Virus record (IMG/VR): IMGVR_UViG_3300028198_000001
Span: 1-61,891 of that record
Length of the DNA stretch: 61,891 nt
Strand: one strand, 5' to 3'
Source of the DNA: a virus
Taxonomy: Duplodnaviria; Caudoviricetes
A model generated the notes under the pieces. That model did not search any database. It saw only the letters and a program-made list of their open reading frames with translations, and was not told the origin of the DNA. Shown here in pieces: positions 1 through 9,513 of this stretch. Within the stretch, counting starts at the first letter, position 1. Each line of letters opens with the position of its first letter. Position numbers and translations under genes: made by a program.

Positions 1-828
1 GGCTATATCTGTATCTGATTTAGAGAACACTCCTGTTTCAGGCATTATATAAATTGCATCTATATTAATTCTTGCATGATCGTATTCTCTAACAGCTTTA
101 TGGACTTCTTCCATATCTTCTTCATCTCTAACAACAAATTTGAGATACAAATAAGAATAAGGCCATGCATTATATGATGCTAATGCTTCTGGTCTAATTG
201 CTTCACTCCATTTCTCACCACTATTAGAAAGCTTTGGTGATACAGACCAAGTGATACCAGAATTTTTATTCACACCAAACTTTCTTATAAACTCGACAGA
301 ATTATCTGGTGCAAAAATCTGTGTGCCATTAGTTTCAAAAGTTACAAATCGCGTGTACACCTCAGGATGATAAATCAATTCTCTTAGTGCAGGCTGGAAT
401 CCTTTGAGTAAAGGTTCTCCGCCTGTAATGACTAAATGAACTCCATCATTCTGAAGTGTACACGGCGATAAATCTCCACCAACACCAGCAGGTCCCTTCC
501 ACCCATACCATTTAACCATATCCATCTTCTTAACAATTGTTTCAATGTCCTCGTGTTTAGCCAGGTGAGCCCACTTGTTGCTCCAACTGAATGAACTATC
601 ACAACCAATATGAGGGACTGGTAAATCGACAAGAGCTTTTACATCTGGATGATTTTGGTTGTGTGGCATCCTATCGTGGTCTAACCATTTGGACTTATCT
701 CTATCTTGTCCAAAGCCAGCACACTCAAAGTTACAACCAAACAAACGGAGAAAGAGAGAAGGCACACCAACGTACCTTCCCTCTCCTTGGAGGGAGTAAA
801 ACATTTCTGAGTATCTCAATTTATTCAT
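1..828 (-). CDS. queE: 7-carboxy-7-deazaguanine synthase QueE-like radical SAM protein (3' end runs off the window; absent from ORF track)
   Basis: Manual translation from ATG at 828: MNKLRYSEMFYSLQGEGRYVGVPSLFLRLFGCNFEC...GCDS...LVITGGEPLL...FETNGT...SVSPKL...LKFVV...IYIMPE. These are the QueE hallmark motifs. Confidence 0.93.
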   Translation of the reverse strand, partial: MNKLRYSEMFYSLQGEGRYVGVPSLFLRLFGCNFECAGFGQDRDKSKWLDHDRMPHNQNHPDVKALVDLPVPHIGCDSSFSWSNKWAHLAKHEDIETIVKKMDMVKWYGWKGPAGVGGDLSPCTLQNDGVHLVITGGEPLLKGFQPALRELIYHPEVYTRFVTFETNGTQIFAPDNSVEFIRKFGVNKNSGITWSVSPKLSNSGEKWSEAIRPEALASYNAWPYSYLYLKFVVRDEEDMEEVHKAVREYDHARINIDAIYIMPETGVFSKSDTDIA

Positions 829-834
829 ACTATA

Positions 835-868
835 ATTATACCAAATTAAAGTTAATAATGTAAGGAAC
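835..868 (-). promoter_or_regulatory. sigma70-like early promoter for queE (probably leaderless)
   Basis: GTTCC-TTACAT-N17-TATAAT; the -10 box lies 6 nt upstream of the ATG and no SD is present. Confidence 0.6.
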
Positions 869-907
869 TATATTATACTGCTTGTTGGTCTATCCTAGAT
901 AACATCT

Positions 908-1363
908 TTATGTCCATTTATAGTTTTTAGTAAGATCATTAGTAAATACAAACCATCTTTGCATTTCATTATACTCCTTTACTGTCTGTCCTCGCAACTT
1001 TTTCTTAGGATTAAGAGTATCACCCATTATAATGTTTCCTCCACCAAGACGTTTTTTACATAAATCCACATTATCTCTCATTATATCTACACCATAAATA
1101 GTAGATAATGCTATATCCACATCAATACCATTTTCTATTTTTTTAATTAAAACTTCACCTAAAAATTGTCCATCACCACAAGCTGGGTCAATAAAAGTCT
1201 TTGTAGGATCAGTAAATAATTCTTTTGGTATTGTTTCTAACATTTCTTGAACTAATTCTGTTGGAGTAAAATATTCAGCAGTCATTTTCTGTCTTTTTTT
1301 ATCTCTCTCTATTTGACTCATATAACTATGATTGCGTATACGGCTCTTAATATCCATCAACAT
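908..1363 (-). CDS. N6-adenine DNA methyltransferase, SAM-binding half (motifs X, I-III)
   Basis: AEYFTP...FIDPACGDGQFL...IYGVDI...IIMGDTL; no NPPY/F catalytic motif. Confidence 0.85.
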   Translation of the reverse strand: MLMDIKSRIRNHSYMSQIERDKKRQKMTAEYFTPTELVQEMLETIPKELFTDPTKTFIDPACGDGQFLGEVLIKKIENGIDVDIALSTIYGVDIMRDNVDLCKKRLGGGNIIMGDTLNPKKKLRGQTVKEYNEMQRWFVFTNDLTKNYKWT

Positions 1364-2240
1364 ATAATCTCTCCGATTTAGTCAATTTAAAAAAGTCAAA
1401 CATTTCTTTATCCGTCAACTTTTTATCAAAAGGTATTACAGGCAAAGAAGAAAAAATCTTTTCATTTCCAAATCCAGACCATTTCGCAGTTTTAAAAATA
1501 TACTTAAATAATTTAAGATTGAGATTATGGTTTAAGTTTTTACCTTCAGCCTCAGTATCAACTAGAATATAATAACCCATATCTGTTGTACCATAAATTC
1601 CTGCATCATAGAATGGTTTTGTATAACCTGATCTAGTCCACATTACTTTTTTCTTATTAGAAAAATCTTGTTTCTTAGAAGAATACCAAATTTGTTTATT
1701 AGTATGAAATATTGGATAAATGTGTTTAACTGTTTTAGTCTTACTCAAAATAGAATTTTTATCTTTTAATAAAATATTATGACAAGTCACATAATCCTTT
1801 TTAACTGGCAACTTATCTTTTGTTTTAAATATTACTTTTTTATGTATAGAATAAGACTCTTTGCAAAAATCACACGGTATATAAAAAACATCATCAGTTA
1901 AAACTATATTGTGTTTCCCAGCTTCATTATAAATTGTTGTTTTGCAATTATCATTTAACTTATTCCATAAGTTATAATATGCAAATGATGATCCTATGTT
2001 GGGAAAATGTTTACTAATATCTAAATGTATTTCAGTAAGACATTTTTGTTTAAATAATTGTAAAACTTTACTACTCGGACTCATAAAACTACTTGGTGAA
2101 ACCTGACATAGTAGGCCACCATCTTTGAGTAAAGAAGAAAAACACAACTTAGTAAAATCAATCCATATTTTATGCTGTGTTTTTCCTCTATTATTTGTGT
2201 CCTCAAAAGGAGGATTTGTAACAACTACATCAAACTTCAT
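1347..2240 (-). CDS. N6-adenine DNA methyltransferase, catalytic plus target-recognition half (Eco57I/TaqI-like)
   Basis: Begins MKFDVVVTNPPF (motif IV), then LLKDGGLLCQVSPSSF and a TRD-like C-terminus; lacks motif I. Confidence 0.85.
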   Translation of the reverse strand: MKFDVVVTNPPFEDTNNRGKTQHKIWIDFTKLCFSSLLKDGGLLCQVSPSSFMSPSSKVLQLFKQKCLTEIHLDISKHFPNIGSSFAYYNLWNKLNDNCKTTIYNEAGKHNIVLTDDVFYIPCDFCKESYSIHKKVIFKTKDKLPVKKDYVTCHNILLKDKNSILSKTKTVKHIYPIFHTNKQIWYSSKKQDFSNKKKVMWTRSGYTKPFYDAGIYGTTDMGYYILVDTEAEGKNLNHNLNLKLFKYIFKTAKWSGFGNEKIFSSLPVIPFDKKLTDKEMFDFFKLTKSERLYVDGY

Positions 2241-3352
2241 ATAAACAAACCAGCCCTGTCGTAATTAACATATGTGTTTATAGAAGTGGAAATCTCTCTG
2301 GATTTTTTAGGTCTACGTTCTCCCCACTTCAAATCTACTCCTTCTTTCGTGTGAAATCGTTTTCCCTCATAAACATCAGCTTTATTCTCTCCCTTATACC
2401 AACAACCATTGGAGTTAAGAGTAAATGGAATATCAATTTCTAAAACATCACCAAACTCAAATCTGATATTTTTGGCGTGCTTCTTAGAGTTTATCTCACA
2501 AGTAGAAAGTTTTTTCATCATTCCCTTAAATCTTTTATTGGACAGACTATTGAGATAATATTTTCCATCAAAGGCAAGAAGTTCTTCTACACCATCAATG
2601 CCTGCCATTTTCATAATACGTTTACGAACAAGTTTTTTAGTAATATGATTTTTTAAGAAGTCAAGAATTATATGAATTCCTTTACGACCGATCTTATCAC
2701 AAGATTTTTTCCACTCATTTTCTTTATAAAACCTATGTTTAGACGAATTAGTAAATTCATCTTTCATATCTTTCTGAAGCTTATCTAATTTATGAAGAAT
2801 ATTTACAACACCGATGCCATAATTTTTCTCAACTATTAAATCTCTCTCTTTGCCTTTACCATTAAACCTAAAACCATCAAGAGGGTTTGTAAACATTCCA
2901 ACTCCATCAGCCTCAAAAAGCATATTCATAACAAATGAATTAAAAGTTCCACTACAAACCTGTGGCCTTTTCACTCCAGCTTTGTAATTTTTCAAAGAAA
3001 AAGAAATAGTTTCTTTACCATCCACAACAATAACAAAATCTCCCTTCATATTTTTATCACGATATTCTTTCTCAACATCAAGAACATTAAAAGTAGATTT
3101 TGGATATTTATTTATCAAATCATCTACAAATCTTGGTGCGTGTATTTCACAATTTTTATAATATTTAATTTTAGATAATTTATCAATACCTTTAAGTTTT
3201 GGCTGTTCATTCAAATGGTTTATTAAATCTCGTTTCCTAGACTTTGAAATTTTCCCAGAAGCAACATTTCTTTTCTCAAGTTCTTCAGCAATAAGATAAA
3301 CCATTGCTTTTTCACAAGCATCTGCTTCTAAATGGTCAGTTGTATTTGTCAT
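2237..3352 (-). CDS. putative PD-(D/E)xK restriction endonuclease
   Basis: N-terminal acidic helix (EADACEK) and KGDFVIV...ISFSLK motif; 4-nt ATGA overlap with the MTase gene. Confidence 0.5.
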   Translation of the reverse strand: MTNTTDHLEADACEKAMVYLIAEELEKRNVASGKISKSRKRDLINHLNEQPKLKGIDKLSKIKYYKNCEIHAPRFVDDLINKYPKSTFNVLDVEKEYRDKNMKGDFVIVVDGKETISFSLKNYKAGVKRPQVCSGTFNSFVMNMLFEADGVGMFTNPLDGFRFNGKGKERDLIVEKNYGIGVVNILHKLDKLQKDMKDEFTNSSKHRFYKENEWKKSCDKIGRKGIHIILDFLKNHITKKLVRKRIMKMAGIDGVEELLAFDGKYYLNSLSNKRFKGMMKKLSTCEINSKKHAKNIRFEFGDVLEIDIPFTLNSNGCWYKGENKADVYEGKRFHTKEGVDLKWGERRPKKSREISTSINTYVNYDRAGLFI

Positions 3353-3400
3353 AATGTAAAACTCCTCAATAGTTAAATAATCCTCATTTAATATACTACT

Positions 3401-3441
3401 ATTATATCAAATACAACCAAGTATAACAAGGAACAATGTGG
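3401..3441 (-). promoter_or_regulatory. early promoter, extended -35 type
   Basis: CCACATTGTTCC-TTGTTA-N17-TATAAT, with SD GAGGAG downstream. Confidence 0.75.
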
Positions 3442-3503
3442 GATGTAAGTCCTTGTTTTTGTTACACAAACTCACATTTTAAAGTTTATAATGCAAAGAA
3501 AAA

Positions 3504-5099
3504 TTAACTAATAGCCAATACAGGATCTACTTCATCCTGCACAATCTCCTCCTCATCAACATATTCATGACCACTTTGCAAATTACAATTAGCACAAGGA
3601 CAAGTATCATCATGTTTAAATTCGGTTTCTATTAACATTTCTTTAGTACAAGCATCAAATTCTTTATGTATTCTAACAGCTTCACGGTACATTCGTGTAT
3701 CGGGTAACCACAAATTATAAACATTCATATCAGCATTCGCAAGAAACATTGGTACTTGTAGAACATCTCCATTATATTTCCTGTAAAATTCATCTTGCTC
3801 AGGACCCACATTAACATTCTTAGCTCTACCAAACAATTGTTGTGTCGATTGAGTAACAGGATCACCCGAATCATTTTGCCTATCAACAAATCTAGCAAGA
3901 AAAATATCTTTAAGAAGTGGAAAAGTCATTCCTCTACCAGCCATATTTATAACAATAAAATATCGAACTGGATTGTGTCTATCATTCACTTTCTCATAAA
4001 CATCTTCTTGAGTTAAATCTTTTTCTATTATTTTACCAAATTTATTAAAAGAATATCTCTCATCAGATGTTAATACAACACCAATTTCATCTGTATCTAC
4101 ACAATCTATTAATGTATTATTTTTTGCAATATAATCTTCAATAAATTCTTGTGGAGTTGGTGCATAATAAGTTTCTGGATTTTTATTCGCAAATTCCACA
4201 CCACATTGAATCAAAATGACTCGCTTAACTTGACACTTTTTTTCTATAATCTGATTCTTTTGTACACACAATTCCCAAGCTTCTGCCATTGTCAACGTAT
4301 CAGGATCAAGAACATTAGTTTGTTTTGTAAAATAATGAACTTCACCAATCCAACCAACCATATGTGCATACTGTTTTTGTTCACCAGCCACCATTGGATT
4401 AATAAGTGCATAATTTAAATTACCAACAGTATCAATTTCTCCTGATACTTCAGCATTTGCTGTTGCTGTCATACCAAAAATATATGGTGTTCTCGGTGCA
4501 ATTATTGATAATACTTTATACATTGATGCATTATAAGTTTTATCAGAATAATTAAAACCAAGAGTGTTCTTAGCATTTGCAACACCACTAAGACTCCATG
4601 TATCCATTTCATCACCAATCAAAGAAATAGTTCCAATAGGTGATGAATCACTAAGTTCTCTTAAAAAATTAATAAACTTTGAACTAGTAAAAGCTTTTGC
4701 ATTAGTTAAATATGCAATAGTAGGTATTCCTCTTTTCAGATTTTGCATTATCTGTACTGCATCATCAGAATATCTCCACAATGTACCAAATTGTGAATTA
4801 TGAAGATCACACATATCTTGTATCTTATCTTCCCACTCTGTTTTAATCCCAACAAGTGGTGTTGTCATAATAATCAATTTAATACCACATCTCTCAATCA
4901 AATAACGCAATATAAAATTCACCAACGCCCAATTCTTACCAGTTCTCATTGGTTTAGCAAATATTTTAACTTCATTTAATCGTTTATGAAAATTGGAATT
5001 TGTAATCGTATCAATCCATGTTTGATTATAATCATCACAATTTTCAATCATAATATCTAAATTTTCTAACTTCACATCACTTAATTTTTTTGCAATCAT
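3504..5099 (-). CDS. divergent SF2 (DExD/ResIII-like) helicase/ATPase
   Basis: PMRTGKN (I), LIGDEMD (II), GMTATA (III), MAGRGMTFP (V), QQLFGRA (VI); C-terminal CPCANC. Confidence 0.65.
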   Translation of the reverse strand: MIAKKLSDVKLENLDIMIENCDDYNQTWIDTITNSNFHKRLNEVKIFAKPMRTGKNWALVNFILRYLIERCGIKLIIMTTPLVGIKTEWEDKIQDMCDLHNSQFGTLWRYSDDAVQIMQNLKRGIPTIAYLTNAKAFTSSKFINFLRELSDSSPIGTISLIGDEMDTWSLSGVANAKNTLGFNYSDKTYNASMYKVLSIIAPRTPYIFGMTATANAEVSGEIDTVGNLNYALINPMVAGEQKQYAHMVGWIGEVHYFTKQTNVLDPDTLTMAEAWELCVQKNQIIEKKCQVKRVILIQCGVEFANKNPETYYAPTPQEFIEDYIAKNNTLIDCVDTDEIGVVLTSDERYSFNKFGKIIEKDLTQEDVYEKVNDRHNPVRYFIVINMAGRGMTFPLLKDIFLARFVDRQNDSGDPVTQSTQQLFGRAKNVNVGPEQDEFYRKYNGDVLQVPMFLANADMNVYNLWLPDTRMYREAVRIHKEFDACTKEMLIETEFKHDDTCPCANCNLQSGHEYVDEEEIVQDEVDPVLAIS

Positions 5100-5113
5100 T
5101 TACACCTCCTATA

Positions 5114-6052
5114 TTAATTAAACTCACATTCCATCATTATTTCTGTTAAACAAGCAACCATATTCACCTCTTGGTCTGCAACGAACGCAGCTTTATAAGA
5201 ATAATCTGCAATCGTTAATACTGCTTGTGGGATACTTTTCTTCTCAAACTTACTATATAGACTGTCATAGATTTGACGATACAATCTTACATGATCGTTA
5301 TCTATATTCTCAGCCACCCACTTCCTCATAGTTGTGAAATCTTTTTTCTTTAATGCAATAAATAACTCTTTAAGATTTTCCTCAGATGCCTGTGTGAGAA
5401 TATCTTCATCTATTGTTCCACCAACTGCGTGCTTCTGTAATTCATTTAACACTCTCCTGAAGTCTGGAAAGTATTTCATAATCAACTGAGCAACTACATC
5501 TGGTTTATACTTGACTGCTTCTTTATCTAAGATACCAGAAGCTATCTTTAAAAACTTTTGTGCAAGTAATGGTTTGTCATCTTTCTTAATCTTGAAATCG
5601 ACTACACTACATCTGGAATGTAATGCTGGTATGATTCGATTCTTAAAGTTACAAGTGAAGATGAAACGACAATTAGCAGAGAACTGTTCTATTGAACCAC
5701 GCATTGCTGGTTGGACTGATTCTGGATTCATATAATCTGCTTCATCAATAATAAGTACCTTCTTCCCACCTGATAGACTTACAGTAGACGCAAAGTTAGT
5801 AATGGTAGTTCTCAAGGTATCAATCATCCGACCCTCGTCACTACCATTTATCATCAGCCAGTCACACTCTAGCTGGTTACACAAAGCTTTGGCTATTGTA
5901 GTCTTTCCTATCCCGGGACTCCCGGTGAGAAGAAGGTTCGGTATCTCACCCTTCTCGACTATATCTGTAAAAACTTTTTGTGTATTGTCTGGTAAGACAC
6001 ATTGTTCAACTAATTTTGGTCTGTATTTTTCGACCCATAATATATCATTCAT
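5114..6052 (-). CDS. gp44: clamp loader large subunit (T4 gp44-like); likely start MNDILW at 6052
   Basis: LWVEKYRP, GSPGIGKTT, IIDEAD, LHSRC, YFPDFRR. Confidence 0.96.
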   Translation of the reverse strand: MNDILWVEKYRPKLVEQCVLPDNTQKVFTDIVEKGEIPNLLLTGSPGIGKTTIAKALCNQLECDWLMINGSDEGRMIDTLRTTITNFASTVSLSGGKKVLIIDEADYMNPESVQPAMRGSIEQFSANCRFIFTCNFKNRIIPALHSRCSVVDFKIKKDDKPLLAQKFLKIASGILDKEAVKYKPDVVAQLIMKYFPDFRRVLNELQKHAVGGTIDEDILTQASEENLKELFIALKKKDFTTMRKWVAENIDNDHVRLYRQIYDSLYSKFEKKSIPQAVLTIADYSYKAAFVADQEVNMVACLTEIMMECEFN

Positions 6053-6143
6053 TTTGTTGTCCCACCTTACATAAATATAAAATCCATACACCAACTAATA
6101 CAATTCCAAGTACTCTCAATATTGTAATCATTTCACCTTCCAT
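6045..6143 (-). CDS. 32-aa single-TM micro-protein (not in ORF track)
   Basis: SD GGAG, then MEGEMITILRVLGIVLVGVWILYLCKVGQQNE*; the stop overlaps the gp44 start. Confidence 0.55.
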   Translation of the reverse strand: MEGEMITILRVLGIVLVGVWILYLCKVGQQNE

Positions 6144-6156
6144 AATATATCTCCTT

Positions 6157-6870
6157 TTAAACAGGTAAGGGTGGTGCTGTTGATAATGATTTAATTTTTA
6201 CATCTGGATAATACTGAATTGTTCCCGTACAACTAATTGATTGATCTATAACATTATCCTTTTCCCATTGAGTATATCCTTTTGGAAGATTGGGTTGATA
6301 ATTTTCAACTAGTAATTTTGTTTTCTTATCAAACAACTGAATACCAAGATGAGCATATTTATTTTCAGTAGGCATAATTCTTTTTAATTTTTTTAACTTT
6401 CCATTCTCATCACTAGTAATATAGTTTGTAATATTACATAATTTCCAAACTTCATAACATTCTTTTAAAGCTCCTTTAACTTTTCCATCTTCACTTATAA
6501 AAGTAGGATTGACAACATTATCCAAAAACCTATTATGATTATCCATCACAAATCCACCAACTGTCTGTGGTGAAATACAATGATCGTGCATTCCTCCATT
6601 TTTATAAGCATCTGAACTTACTAAACCAGACTGAATACCACTTGATTTAAAAGAACAAATTGCACCATACCATATTCGTTCAATTGCTCTAATACAATCA
6701 GGATATGAATTGAACATCCTATTTTTTATCCACAATGAAACATTTGATCTCATACTATTCCATACAGTCCAAAAATAACATACTTCGCGTGAATCTTTAC
6801 ACAATATTTCAGCAGCTTTATATAACTGTTCAAATGATTCACATTGAATCCATTTAGTTTTGTCAAACAT
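6157..6870 (-). CDS. hypothetical protein, possible His-Me/HNH-like fold
   Basis: SD GGAG; HDHCISP...ITSDEN weakly resembles a His-Me finger. Confidence 0.55.
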   Translation of the reverse strand: MFDKTKWIQCESFEQLYKAAEILCKDSREVCYFWTVWNSMRSNVSLWIKNRMFNSYPDCIRAIERIWYGAICSFKSSGIQSGLVSSDAYKNGGMHDHCISPQTVGGFVMDNHNRFLDNVVNPTFISEDGKVKGALKECYEVWKLCNITNYITSDENGKLKKLKRIMPTENKYAHLGIQLFDKKTKLLVENYQPNLPKGYTQWEKDNVIDQSISCTGTIQYYPDVKIKSLSTAPPLPV

Positions 6871-6878
6871 ATAATCTC

Positions 6879-7508
6879 CTATATAAAGTTAGGTCCTACA
6901 GTCCAACAAACAATCGAATAACGTGTGCCTTTTGTGCAAGGGGTGACTCTGTGAAAATCTCTGCTATCAAAAACGATAACTGAACCTTGATCTCTTATGT
7001 CTTGTTGAATTTGTTCTGCTGGAACTACATTACCATCTCCTAAATCTAAATCTTCCATTGGTCTGTCGCCACTATAAAACTCTAACACACCACCTTCATA
7101 ATCTTTAGGATCCGTTAAACAAAATGTCATAGATAACTTGCGTGATTCACCATGTGGATTTTGACCAGAAGCATCTTGATGCCAATCATAATGTCCACCA
7201 TTTCTGTACCGTGCGAATTGTACTGGTTGAAAATACTCAAGTTTATAATTAAAATTAATCTTATTAGCTTCTCTTAAAAAATGCCAAGCAATCTTATTAA
7301 CCATATTATCTTTATCAGTTATAAAACCAATATCAGTTTTACGAATATCAGGATCAAGACGAGCTCGATCACCAGACATTACTGGGTCAGAATCAGTATA
7401 ACCTTTATTAATTACAGAAGCATCTTGATACTTTGTATTCTTAATACAATATTTAAGTAACCTTCTACATTCTTTCTTTGGTATTGCTCTTGGAAAAACA
7501 TAAAACAT
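6879..7508 (-). CDS. 2OG-Fe(II) oxygenase (PKHD/prolyl-4-hydroxylase-like)
   Basis: YDWHQD...RKLS...YEGGVLEF...FHRVTPCTKGTRYSIVCW (HxD...H...R). Confidence 0.92.
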   Translation of the reverse strand: MFYVFPRAIPKKECRRLLKYCIKNTKYQDASVINKGYTDSDPVMSGDRARLDPDIRKTDIGFITDKDNMVNKIAWHFLREANKINFNYKLEYFQPVQFARYRNGGHYDWHQDASGQNPHGESRKLSMTFCLTDPKDYEGGVLEFYSGDRPMEDLDLGDGNVVPAEQIQQDIRDQGSVIVFDSRDFHRVTPCTKGTRYSIVCWTVGPNFI

Positions 7509-7509
7509 A

Positions 7510-8184
7510 TTACTCTCCGTATTTTGAATCAGGCTCTAATGCAATCCAATATTCCAGATTATCTTTCTTGTTTTTGAAATAAGATATACCCTGACTTGAA
7601 ATACTAACCGCATAATCACCAGTAACCATTTTAAGATTTTCTGTTTTGAAATACATCTTGTATGGTTCAGTTACACCTTCACCAACTTTAACAGAATAAT
7701 CATTTGACGTATCATTCTTTTTATTAGTTACAGCTAGATAAATACCATTAGATTTTGGACAGCCCTTAACCAAGATATCATTCAATTGAAGTATGCTCGA
7801 CATCTTTAGCAAATCATTGTATTGGTTCTCGGTTAAAGTAAATTTAACTTCCTCAGAGGGCATCTTAATATCTTTCTCTGGTGATACCACTACTGATGGC
7901 TCTGCGTAAAAATACTTCGTACAAGCTCCGTTCTCTTGTGATAACATTACATATTTATCATTGAATGTTAAATCAGGATTACTCATTGTACTCAATACAC
8001 CAATAAACTCATTCAACTGATAGATAGCAAAGTCTTGTGGAAAATCCTCTTCCACTTCTGCGTGAGCAAGAATATTCTTCAATGTAGAAACAGTCTTGAG
8101 TTTCTTTCCTGTCTTAATTAAAACTGACTGATTAATTTCAGAAAAATTCTTTAGAATATCTAACGTCTTATTACTTATCTTCAT
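7510..8184 (-). CDS. gp45: DNA polymerase sliding clamp (T4 gp45-like); likely start MKISNKT at 8184
   Basis: TLDILKNFSEINQS...FAIYQLNEF...LEYWIALEPDS; near gp44. Confidence 0.95.
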   Translation of the reverse strand: MKISNKTLDILKNFSEINQSVLIKTGKKLKTVSTLKNILAHAEVEEDFPQDFAIYQLNEFIGVLSTMSNPDLTFNDKYVMLSQENGACTKYFYAEPSVVVSPEKDIKMPSEEVKFTLTENQYNDLLKMSSILQLNDILVKGCPKSNGIYLAVTNKKNDTSNDYSVKVGEGVTEPYKMYFKTENLKMVTGDYAVSISSQGISYFKNKKDNLEYWIALEPDSKYGE

Positions 8185-8614
8185 TAGTTGCTCCTTCATC
8201 AACTGGTTTCTCAAATGTAACTGCGCCAGAAGCAGGCGACATAGTAGCCGACTTTTTATACTCTGCCGTTTCCTCTGGTTTCATAAATGGTGCATCTTGT
8301 TTGACTGCGATGTTTTGATCTTGTAAACTCTTAGAATGTTCTGCCTGTGTTTTAAGAGCTTTCTTATAATCTGCTTGTGCTTCATTACCAAAAAATCCTT
8401 CTGCAACAGCATCTTTAAAATTCTGTATTAATGCTTCAAAAACTTTTTGATCTTTTCTTGCCCATGCAGCTGCAAACAAAAGTGCTGGATTAACTTTACC
8501 TTCTTTATCAATCATTCCACCTGCTTCATCTACACCAGCAACTTCTAATGCTCCATCCTTCTTAATCTTTAAACCACAATCACCTTCTCTGAACTTTAAT
8601 AATTCTCTTGGCAT
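8171..8614 (-). CDS. hypothetical protein
   Basis: 147-aa ORF tightly packed in the operon. Confidence 0.7.
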   Translation of the reverse strand: MPRELLKFREGDCGLKIKKDGALEVAGVDEAGGMIDKEGKVNPALLFAAAWARKDQKVFEALIQNFKDAVAEGFFGNEAQADYKKALKTQAEHSKSLQDQNIAVKQDAPFMKPEETAEYKKSATMSPASGAVTFEKPVDEGATNEDK

Positions 8615-8615
8615 A

Positions 8616-9503
8616 CTACCATCCTCCTATTCCAATATTCCAATTACCGTTACTGTTACCATAAACATCCCATCTAACACCATTATTATAAGAAGAATTT
8701 CTTCTCATACTTTTCATTCTACTTTGTATCATTACACGTTGAGATTGTCTTTCATATGATTTTGCAACAGCTCTTCGTTGTGCAAACCATTGATTACCAG
8801 CAGAATGTAATGGAGTATTAAGAAGATTTGTCAAACCACTATCATCATAATATCTCTTTGGCTCTGCCTGAGCAACAACAGTTTCCTCTGATTTATTATG
8901 ATAATAACAACAACCTTCATAGAAACGTGCGTTCTGTAAATGGATATATTTTCCTTTATCCATTTCTTCAAACATATCATCTTTCTTTTGTTTAAATCGT
9001 TTCTCAAGTTCTCGGGCATAATTATAACCACGTTTAATAATACCAGTTTTTTCTTGTTGATATTCTTGTTGTGATAATCTACCCGTATTAAATTGAGTAC
9101 AAAGTTCTTGATACTCAGCTACCATACGTTGAACATCAGATTTCCATTCAACACCAGAACTGTGTCCAATTTTAATCTCTGGCCCAAATCCCCACATCAA
9201 ACCACCGAACTTAAAACCAAGACCAATACTATTGTCCTCTTTTCTCATAATAGAACAATCTTGTTTATCAACCTCTACTGTAGTTGAATGAGTTCTATCA
9301 GTATAAATTCTAATCTTTCCTGATGGCAATTCACCAACAACAATATCATTTTGTGCATGAAGTTCTAAATCATCAGCTACTGTATTTCTATCAGGGAATG
9401 ATTGTTCAAATTCTCCGAAATCTTCTTCAACAATATCAAACTCAGCATAAGCTGGGCCAGTATATGATAACATCAAAATTATTACATAATATATAAAACT
9501 CAT
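8616..9503 (-). CDS. hypothetical exported protein; likely start MSFIYY at 9503
   Basis: SD AAGGAG before 9503; hydrophobic N-terminus ending in AYA. Confidence 0.6.
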   Translation of the reverse strand: MSFIYYVIILMLSYTGPAYAEFDIVEEDFGEFEQSFPDRNTVADDLELHAQNDIVVGELPSGKIRIYTDRTHSTTVEVDKQDCSIMRKEDNSIGLGFKFGGLMWGFGPEIKIGHSSGVEWKSDVQRMVAEYQELCTQFNTGRLSQQEYQQEKTGIIKRGYNYARELEKRFKQKKDDMFEEMDKGKYIHLQNARFYEGCCYYHNKSEETVVAQAEPKRYYDDSGLTNLLNTPLHSAGNQWFAQRRAVAKSYERQSQRVMIQSRMKSMRRNSSYNNGVRWDVYGNSNGNWNIGIGGW

Positions 9504-9513
9504 TTTGTTCTCC

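Noticed and set aside
432-863. Track ORFs 432-632 (-) and 591-863 (+)
   Set aside because: Both overlap the real queE frame (828 to <1).
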